Shown: positions 6,429 through 12,267 of the stretch, in pieces | Position numbering within the stretch: position 1 is the stretch's first letter | How the letters are laid out: the number at the start of each line of letters is the position of its first letter | Virus record (IMG/VR): IMGVR_UViG_3300005341_000003 | From: a virus | Reading direction: 5' to 3' (one strand) | Length of the DNA stretch: 38,331 nt | The notes under the pieces: generated by a model | Seen by the model: the letters and a program-made list of their open reading frames with translations, nothing else | Database searches by the model: none | What the model was told of the DNA's origin: nothing | Made by a program: the position numbers and the translations under genes

Positions 6429-7888
6429 GCGAGTCTACCGATTTCGAGCAGGCTAAGGCGCGGAAGAAACGCAACGTCCCCAACTCCGCCGAGCAGCTCA
6501 TGGGGTTGCTACTCACCGACCTCGGCAACGCCGAGCGCTTCGTCCGCCGGTACCGCGGCAAGGTCCGCTACTGCCACGGCCGCAAGCGCTGGCTCATCTG
6601 GGACAAGTGCCGGTGGTCGTGGGACGTGAACGGCCGCGTCGAGCGCCTAGCCAAGAATGTCGTGCGCGACCTGTATCGCGAAGCGGCCGCCTGCCGCGAC
6701 ACGACCGAGCGCTACCAGATTGCTCAGCACGCGCGCGCGAGCGAAAAGACCAGCGCCATTGCCAACATGCTCCGCGCCGCGCAGTCCGAGGAAGGCGTCC
6801 CGGTCGCGTTGGAGGACCTCGATGCCGATTCGCTCCTGCTCAATTGCCAGAACGGCACCATCGACCTCAGCACGGGCAAGTTGCGCCCGCACGACCCGGC
6901 CGACCTCATCACGAAGATGTGCCCATGCAACTTCGACCCGGGCGCCATCAGCGGCGTGTGGGCGAAATTCCTCGCCGACGCGACCGCGGGCGATCTGGAC
7001 CTGCAGGCCTACATCCAGCGCGCAGCCGGCTACGCCATTCAGGGTGACGCCACCGAGCGAGCTCTCTTCTTCACATTCGGCCCTCCCGGCTCGGCCAAGT
7101 CGACGCTCATCGACGCGCTCGGGGCCATGCTCGGCGACTATCACGTCTCGAGCTCGCCCGACACGTGGCTCGTCCAGGCGCAGACCGGTGGCAACCGCGG
7201 TGACCTCGTACGCCTCGCGGGCGCACGGCTGGTCACGGCCGTCGAATTCAAAGCGGGCGCGCGCTTCGACGAGGCGCTCATCAAGGCGGTCACGGGTGGC
7301 GACGAAATCACGGCCGCCGCCAAGTACGAAGCCGAGGTTACCATCCGTCCGACGTTCACGCTCTGGTTTGCCGCCAACGACGCCCCCAGCATCCGCTCAG
7401 ACGACGCCGGCATGTGGGCGAGGATGCGGCGCATGCCCTTCGACCACGTCATCCCCAAGGACCGCCAGGACGCCAGCATCAAGGGCCGCCTCAAGCACGA
7501 CGCCGGCTGCCGCTCGGCGGTGCTCGCCTGGGCCGTGGCCGGGTGTCTCCTGTGGCAAATCAACGGGCTCGGCTCGTCCGCTGCGGTTGAAAAAAGCAAC
7601 AAGGCGTACCAGGCAGAGATGGATCCGGTCGGCGACTTCTTTGAAGACAATTTGGTCTTCGCGGAGGGCGAACAAATCGATCAGGGTGAGCTCCGTCGGC
7701 TCTATGGGGCATGGGCGAAGGAGGAGGGCGTAGTGCGCCCGCTGGGTCGAAAACAGCTCCAGAAAGCGGTCACCGACCGAGGCGGTAGGTACGTGAAAGT
7801 ATTAGGCAAAAGAGTCGTGAAGGGGGTCCGAACAAAGGGGGAGTGGGAGAAGAGTGTCGACCAGGTATCATTGGAGTATGGGGCATGA
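6425..7888 (+). CDS. D5/P4-family primase-associated SF3 helicase (NTPase)
   Basis: TDLGNAERFVRRYRGKVRYCHGRKRWLIWD is a D5_N-type region. Walker A is FGPPGSAKST, and the C-terminus is P4-primase-like. The start is taken at ATG 6425; the upstream extension from 6296 is Arg-rich junk. Confidence 0.88.
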   Translation: MSESTDFEQAKARKKRNVPNSAEQLMGLLLTDLGNAERFVRRYRGKVRYCHGRKRWLIWDKCRWSWDVNGRVERLAKNVVRDLYREAAACRDTTERYQIAQHARASEKTSAIANMLRAAQSEEGVPVALEDLDADSLLLNCQNGTIDLSTGKLRPHDPADLITKMCPCNFDPGAISGVWAKFLADATAGDLDLQAYIQRAAGYAIQGDATERALFFTFGPPGSAKSTLIDALGAMLGDYHVSSSPDTWLVQAQTGGNRGDLVRLAGARLVTAVEFKAGARFDEALIKAVTGGDEITAAAKYEAEVTIRPTFTLWFAANDAPSIRSDDAGMWARMRRMPFDHVIPKDRQDASIKGRLKHDAGCRSAVLAWAVAGCLLWQINGLGSSAAVEKSNKAYQAEMDPVGDFFEDNLVFAEGEQIDQGELRRLYGAWAKEEGVVRPLGRKQLQKAVTDRGGRYVKVLGKRVVKGVRTKGEWEKSVDQVSLEYGA

Positions 7889-8023
7889 TGGGGCACCCTG
7901 ATCTCCAGAAGTAGGTAGTCTAATTCTCTATAGGGGTTTTCCGGGAACTGAGTGCCCCAGGGTGCCCCTAAATCTGGATTATGGCGATTAACCGAATGAA
8001 TAAGCAGCGTTACAGAGGGGCAC
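7878..8023. repeat. Iteron-like cluster of GGGGCA(C/T) motifs around an AT-rich core; candidate replication origin and/or bidirectional terminator
   Basis: - ATGGGGCA occurs at 7878..7885 and 7888..7895.
- GTGCCCC occurs at 7952..7958 and 7962..7968, with 10-bp phasing.
- GGGGCAC occurs at 8017..8023.
- An 11-bp perfect inverted repeat ggggcaccctg (7890..7900) / cagggtgcccc (7958..7968) flanks the lowest-GC stretch I noticed in the window. Confidence 0.5.
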
Positions 8024-8087
8024 GGAGGAAACGTCGAGAAAGCGATGATCCACCACCCCCTCGCGCGTGCGCGCGCGGTAGACACGC

Positions 8088-8309
8088 CTACTCAGTAGGT
8101 TGACCAGAATCGTCGCAAGCCCCGGCCGGAGCTTGGCATCGTGGGTCAGGGCAAAACCTTAGAGGGATGCACGCGGCGCCGAGTCTGTGGCCGCATTCGT
8201 TGAACATCCCTATCCAATGCGCCTCGTCAATATCAGCCTGGTAGAGCTTCCAGGCCTCGAGCCCGCACGCCCCGGCTAGGACGATTGTCGCGATCTTCCA
8301 GAGGTTCAT
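8088..8309 (-). CDS. Small secreted or membrane-anchored Cys-rich protein (73 aa)
   Basis: Internal ATG at 8309 gives MNLWKIATIVLAGACGLEAW..., a signal or TM segment, followed by five further Cys residues. The upstream extension to 8507 is Arg/Ser-rich and overlaps the lipoprotein gene. Confidence 0.5.
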   Translation of the reverse strand: MNLWKIATIVLAGACGLEAWKLYQADIDEAHWIGMFNECGHRLGAACIPLRFCPDPRCQAPAGACDDSGQPTE

Positions 8310-8427
8310 GCCGTGGATAGTCGCACTCTCTCTACGAGGACTCAGGAGAGCCCGTGGCAGCTCGGAGCCCCGAGACGCCACAGAAACGCAAACGCGCTCA
8401 GAGTGGCAGCCAGGGGCCCTAGCGAGC

Positions 8428-8994
8428 CTACTGCTCGGGGACGCACACCGGGTAGGTATCACCGCCACTCTCAGAGCAGATGCCGCCGAGGTCACCACAG
8501 CGAGCAATCAGCGCAGCGTCCGGCGCCATGGCCGACACGTGATTCGGGCCCATCTGCAGCGACCAGCAGCCGAACGAGCAGAGCCACTCCTGCGGCTGCC
8601 CGGCCACTGGTGCCCACGGGCCGCAAGACCAATCGGCATCACACATGCGCTGCGTCGGGCTTGGCTCGGGGTCGCACGGGGCGAACAGGCTACCAGGCTC
8701 CGGCCCAGTGCCCGCGGCGCCCGCCGTCGAGTCTGGCGAGCCGGCCGCACCCGCCTCTGCCGCAACGCTGCCTCCCTTCCCAGCTGCTCCGCCCGCATGA
8801 TGCGCGCCGCCCGCGCCGCCGCCACCCGAGCCGAGTCGGCCTGAGGCTCCGCCGTTCGTGCTGCCACCGTCACTCGCGCCAGCTGCGCCGCCGCTCGGGG
8901 CACCGGCGGTGTCATCGCCCGCCGAGGCCGCCCCGCTCGAGCACGAGCACACCGTCAGAAGCGCGAGCGCGGCAATAGCCCCAATGGTTCCCAT
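8428..8994 (-). CDS. Secreted lipoprotein with a Gly/Ala-rich linker and a C-terminal 8-Cys domain (moron-like)
   Basis: MGTIGAIAALALLTVCSCSSG is a signal peptide with a lipobox-like LTVC/VCSC. It is followed by a low-complexity G/A/S linker and then a Cys/Trp-rich globular end (CDPEP...CDADWSCGPW...). Confidence 0.65.
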   Translation of the reverse strand: MGTIGAIAALALLTVCSCSSGAASAGDDTAGAPSGGAAGASDGGSTNGGASGRLGSGGGGAGGAHHAGGAAGKGGSVAAEAGAAGSPDSTAGAAGTGPEPGSLFAPCDPEPSPTQRMCDADWSCGPWAPVAGQPQEWLCSFGCWSLQMGPNHVSAMAPDAALIARCGDLGGICSESGGDTYPVCVPEQ

Positions 8995-9000
8995 CGAGCC

Positions 9001-9028
9001 AGCATACGCAGTCGCCGGCCCAGCGCAA
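9001..9028 (-). promoter_or_regulatory. Candidate sigma70-type promoter giving a leaderless lipoprotein mRNA
   Basis: On the minus strand the order is TTGCGC (9028..9023), N16, TATGCT (9006..9001), N6, ATG (8994). There is no Shine-Dalgarno sequence. The geometry matches the PL/PR-like promoters near 36050 and 36550. Confidence 0.3.
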
Positions 9029-9033
9029 CCGAC

Positions 9034-10485
9034 TCAGCGCGCCGGCCGGTATGCGCCGAGCTTCCGCGCCCGCTGCTCGGCCCGCTTCTTGATGGTCTCG
9101 CGCGTCGCCTTGGCCTCGGCCGCGTACCAGTCCGGTGAGCCGGGCTTGGGCGCCTCGAGCTCCGGTTTGTACCATGTACGCGCAGCTCGCACCCCGTAGA
9201 GCAGCGAGTCGCAGCAGTGGTTCTCGAAGCGCGGATCCTCGGCGACGCGCCCCGGCCCCCACTGCAGCAGGCACATCTCGTCGAGTAGCTGACCGCAATC
9301 GCGCGCCACGATTTTGACCGTGCCACTCCTGAGCTCGCCCTGGACGATTTCCTGGAACGCGCGTTTCTTTGTCTTCTCGGCCGCGACGATGCCAATCCCG
9401 TAGCGTTGGCGCATCTCCTCGGCGTAGCCCTTGCCGAGCCCGCCCTCGTCACCGATAATTTGCAGCCCAGCGCCGAACTCGACGCGCAGGCGCTCCGTGT
9501 GCGCCGCGACCGCGGACGGAATCAGCCCGGTCATGCTCCAACTGCGGAGCACATACACCTCGGGCATGCCGCTCTTCGTGCCGAGGATGGTAAACGCCGT
9601 CGCGTCAGTGAATCCGAAGTCGATGCTCAGGATGTGGCGCAAGCCGTCGGGGACTTGGTCGGGCGTAACCGCGTTCAGCGCCGCCGAATACGGGTACACG
9701 AGCGCGCCCTCGTCGCGCACCCATTCACCGAGGTACTCACGACGGAACGTCGCCGAGCTCTGGTCGAGCCCGTACGTCTCACAGAACAGCGCGATCTCGT
9801 GCTTCGCGTCCGGGATATGCGGGTTGTCGAGGATGGTCCAGTGGTGCGTGGGCCATGCAGGCGAACCGTCGCCCGTGCTCACCTCGTAGAATAGGCCGGC
9901 CGGGATGGGGCTCGGTGTGCCCGCGAGCAGCAGGTGCCCGGCCTTGTCGATGAGCGCCGGCTCGATGCTGTCCGTGATGAGCTCGCGCAGCCAGACGCCG
10001 TACTCCTGCGCCTCGTCGATTGCCGCGCGCTTGTACTTGCTGCCGCGGAACTTGCCGACCTCGGACTTGTCTTTGCAGCCCGCGAGCCAAATAGTGTGCC
10101 GCGTCAGGCCGACCATGAGCAGCAGCTGCCCGTCGACCTCGCGAAGCCGCAGCTGCAGCTCGGGGTAGCGCTGCGCGAAGTAGTCGATGGCCGGCTGCAG
10201 AATGCGGCGCGCGTCACCCTTCGAGCGCGCGATGTACACGCTGAGCCCGGCCGGGTCGGAGAGCGCTCCGTCGATGAGCCACGCGAGGATGCCGTGCGAC
10301 TTGCCGGCGCGGCGGGAGCAGACGGCGACCTTGCGGCGTGACGGGTCACAGACGAACGCGCGCTGCTTTGGGTGCAAATCGCCCAGGAACCGGCGGGCCT
10401 TGCGGACATCGTTCGCCGTGTTGATTCGGCGCTCGAGCTCCCCGCGAAGCTCCGGCGGCAGCTGGGCGATTTGCGCGGGGGTCAC
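9034..10485 (-). CDS. terL: Terminase large subunit
   Basis: Walker A-like CSRRAGKSHG, Walker B AAIDEAQEY, and a C-terminal RNaseH-like nuclease region (ILSIDFGFTD, IIGDEGG, CCDSLLYG). The start is taken at GTG 10485, which overlaps the upstream stop (GTGA). The ORF track extends to 10536. Confidence 0.9.
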   Translation of the reverse strand: MTPAQIAQLPPELRGELERRINTANDVRKARRFLGDLHPKQRAFVCDPSRRKVAVCSRRAGKSHGILAWLIDGALSDPAGLSVYIARSKGDARRILQPAIDYFAQRYPELQLRLREVDGQLLLMVGLTRHTIWLAGCKDKSEVGKFRGSKYKRAAIDEAQEYGVWLRELITDSIEPALIDKAGHLLLAGTPSPIPAGLFYEVSTGDGSPAWPTHHWTILDNPHIPDAKHEIALFCETYGLDQSSATFRREYLGEWVRDEGALVYPYSAALNAVTPDQVPDGLRHILSIDFGFTDATAFTILGTKSGMPEVYVLRSWSMTGLIPSAVAAHTERLRVEFGAGLQIIGDEGGLGKGYAEEMRQRYGIGIVAAEKTKKRAFQEIVQGELRSGTVKIVARDCGQLLDEMCLLQWGPGRVAEDPRFENHCCDSLLYGVRAARTWYKPELEAPKPGSPDWYAAEAKATRETIKKRAEQRARKLGAYRPAR

Positions 10486-10748
10486 TCGCTCACGATTTTG
10501 ACGGATGCGCGCGTCACCGCGGCGTCGGGCACCCAATAGGTCTCGCCCGTGTTCGGACTGTGGTAAGCGAACCCGCCCGAGTAGCGCTCGATTGGGCGCT
10601 CGTTGGTGGCGGTGATCACAGGCTCACCGTCGAGGTTGTGCTGTAGCGACAAGGCGAGAAAGATCACCTTCGTCTTCGGCACCGCTGGCGCTTGCGTGCC
10701 CGCCGCCAGATTCGATTTCCTCGCCGCTTGTTTCGTAGCTTCGTCCAT
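10482..10748 (-). CDS. Hypothetical protein (up to 88 aa) between terS and terL; start uncertain
   Basis: The stop overlaps the terL GTG. The 5' 125 nt overlap the terS 3' end in another frame. Alternative in-frame GTG starts lie at 10667 and 10619. Confidence 0.4.
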   Translation of the reverse strand: MDEATKQAARKSNLAAGTQAPAVPKTKVIFLALSLQHNLDGEPVITATNERPIERYSGGFAYHSPNTGETYWVPDAAVTRASVKIVSE

Positions 10749-11241
10749 TGCTGCTTTCTCCGCTGAGTTGGGCCAGGAAGCGGGATGCCTCCCGCGCTAG
10801 GTCTGAGTCGCTCATCTGCTGGTATCGAATCACCACTTCGCTGTTCGCCCCGCTCAGGCCGAGAATGTCGGCCAGGTGCTTGGCGGCAGTGAGCGCGGTG
10901 CGGTGGTCGGGCTTGCGGATTTCGACGACGTTGCCCTTCGCGTCGACCGTCTCTTCGGTGCGCGTTTCGGCGGCGCGGCCAATCTGCGCGATGCGCTCGA
11001 CGACCGCCATCTTCGCCTCTTCGCCGCCCCACGACAGGCGCAGCAGCCTCCCGGCCTCGGCGCAATACTTCTGCGCGTTCTCGAGCGAGAGCCCGTGCGT
11101 CACCGCGAGCTGGCGGACCGAGCGGTAGGGTAACCACTCGCCCTTGCTCATTGTGTGCGCGATCTCCTCCACGATTTTGTCTTTGGCGAGCGTCGAGCCT
11201 TCGGCGCCGCCGCTGCCGGGCTTGAGCGAACGCCTACCCAC
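10624..11241 (-). CDS. terS: Terminase small subunit (putative)
   Basis: It lies immediately upstream of terL. It has an N-terminal HTH-like region, and TALTAAKHLADILGL resembles the conserved C-terminal helix of Terminase_2/P27-type small subunits. The tail is acidic. Confidence 0.6.
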   Translation of the reverse strand: MGRRSLKPGSGGAEGSTLAKDKIVEEIAHTMSKGEWLPYRSVRQLAVTHGLSLENAQKYCAEAGRLLRLSWGGEEAKMAVVERIAQIGRAAETRTEETVDAKGNVVEIRKPDHRTALTAAKHLADILGLSGANSEVVIRYQQMSDSDLAREASRFLAQLSGESSNGRSYETSGEEIESGGGHASASGAEDEGDLSRLVATAQPRR

Positions 11242-11410
11242 GGTTCACCCTCAATCTCCGGATTCGGGCGCGCCGCGACTTGATCAGCGCATCGAGCCGA
11301 ACGCAGTCCTCTCCGCGCTGCCCGCGCCAACGGCGGACATCGAGCAGACCAGCCAACTCTTCGGTCAACTCAATCAGCTCCGCGCGCTGCTCCGCGCTTG
11401 CTCGTGCCAT
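11234..11410 (-). CDS. Hypothetical small helical protein (58 aa)
   Basis: ATG 11410 shares a base with the upstream stop (TGATG). Its 3' end overlaps the terS GTG by 8 nt. Peptide begins MARASAEQRAELIELTEELAGLLDVRRWRG... and is below the ORF-track cutoff. Confidence 0.45.
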   Translation of the reverse strand: MARASAEQRAELIELTEELAGLLDVRRWRGQRGEDCVRLDALIKSRRARIRRLRVNRG

Positions 11411-11760
11411 CAGCCCTTCGCGCCCTCAGCCGCTGCGGCGCGCCGCGCCAGCTCCTCGACTTCGAACTTCTTGATCTCGTCGACCAAGTCCATGAGCAGG
11501 CTCGGCCCATCGACATCGGGGTCATAGCCCCGACGCATGCGCTTCAGGAACTCGAGGAAGTGCAGCGGGTCCGCCGCGTTGTTCTGCCGTGCCGCGCGCT
11601 CGAGTCGTCGCGAGAGCAGCACGCCCTCGCTCATCGACGGCGCCACCGCGGCAGCAGCGGCAGCCAGGCTCATCCCGGCACGCCGCGACGCGAGCCGAGC
11701 AGCCATCGTTTTGTTGGCGAAGCTCAGGTGCTTCGTGAGCCGTCGCGATACCGAGCCCAT
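11410..11760 (-). CDS. Hypothetical protein (116 aa), possible DNA-binding protein
   Basis: TAATG coupling with the GroES-like gene. The N-terminus is basic and the C-terminus is acidic and helical. Confidence 0.55.
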   Translation of the reverse strand: MGSVSRRLTKHLSFANKTMAARLASRRAGMSLAAAAAAVAPSMSEGVLLSRRLERAARQNNAADPLHFLEFLKRMRRGYDPDVDGPSLLMDLVDEIKKFEVEELARRAAAAEGAKG

Positions 11761-12125
11761 TACTCGGCCGCCTCGTCGCTCTCGACCACCGCGAGCACCT
11801 CTTCCTCCCGCACCACGCGGAAATTCCCGTGCTTATCGGCCCAATCCGCCGCCTTGTTCTGCCGCGGCACGTTCACATCCAGGCAGTAATCCTGCCCCGC
11901 CTGCCGGTCGACGAGCACGATTTCCCCGGGCTTGAGCGTTGTCGGCACGAAATGCCCATGCCCGTTGTCGCGGTAGTGCCCCGGGCCGACCGCGATCACC
12001 TCGGCCTTCAGCGTCTTCTCGGGCTTCGCCGTGTCCGGGAGGAAGATGCATCCGCCGTCAGACACCTTTTTCGGTGGCAAAAATCGAATCACCACATTGT
12101 CCTGAATCGCGCGGATATGTGCCAT
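11760..12125 (-). CDS. groES: GroES/Cpn10-like co-chaperonin
   Basis: It aligns by eye with GroES: IRAIQDNVVIR (IRPLHDRVIVK), GGCIFLPDTAKPEKTLKAEVIAVGPG (mobile loop plus GEVLAVGNG), LKPGEIVLV, EEEVLAVVE. It carries an insertion (CLDVNVPRQNKAADWADKHGNF). Confidence 0.85.
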   Translation of the reverse strand: MAHIRAIQDNVVIRFLPPKKVSDGGCIFLPDTAKPEKTLKAEVIAVGPGHYRDNGHGHFVPTTLKPGEIVLVDRQAGQDYCLDVNVPRQNKAADWADKHGNFRVVREEEVLAVVESDEAAE

Positions 12126-12147
12126 GTTTCGATAGGGCTATCACGAG

Positions 12148-12224
12148 TGGCACAACTTGTCACGCGGATTTGCGTGGCGTTTCTGGATTACCTGCGCCAG
12201 AGTGTGTCACGCAAGAATGGCACA
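12148..12224. promoter_or_regulatory. Paired motifs in the divergent late control region (TGGCACA and TGTCACGC, each twice, in swapped order)
   Basis: TGGCACA occurs at 12148..12154 and 12218..12224. TGTCACGC occurs at 12158..12165 and 12205..12212. All lie in the ~140-bp gap between the GroES-like gene (-) and the portal gene (+). Confidence 0.25.
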
Positions 12225-12267
12225 GACCGGCCAGCTGAAATGGCATCAGCTCGACAAGGGAGCCGAA

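Noticed and set aside
8062-8077. Alternating CG tract (cgcgcgtgcgcgcgcg) as a separate functional element (Z-DNA)
   Set aside because: It is short, and such runs are expected occasionally in DNA this GC-rich. It is mentioned only as context for the candidate origin region.
7981-8103. Possible 40-aa basic ORF (MAINRMNKQRYRGARRKRRESDD...) on the + strand in the low-GC intergenic region
   Set aside because: It has no RBS and no coupling. It runs across the iteron, the CG tract and the 3' end of a convergent gene. I cannot distinguish it from chance, so it is left as non-coding.
8310-8507. Long version of the small secreted protein gene (139 aa, TTG start at 8507)
   Set aside because: The extension overlaps the lipoprotein gene's 3' end and is Arg/Ser/Ala junk. 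The internal ATG 8309 yields a clean signal or TM N-terminus.
12148-12165. Sigma-54 promoter (TGGCAC-N5-TTGC)
   Set aside because: TGGCAC is followed by aacttgtca. The TTG lies 3 nt after TGGCAC rather than 5 nt after it, so the GG-to-GC spacing does not fit the -24/-12 consensus. The second TGGCACA also lacks a TTGC partner.
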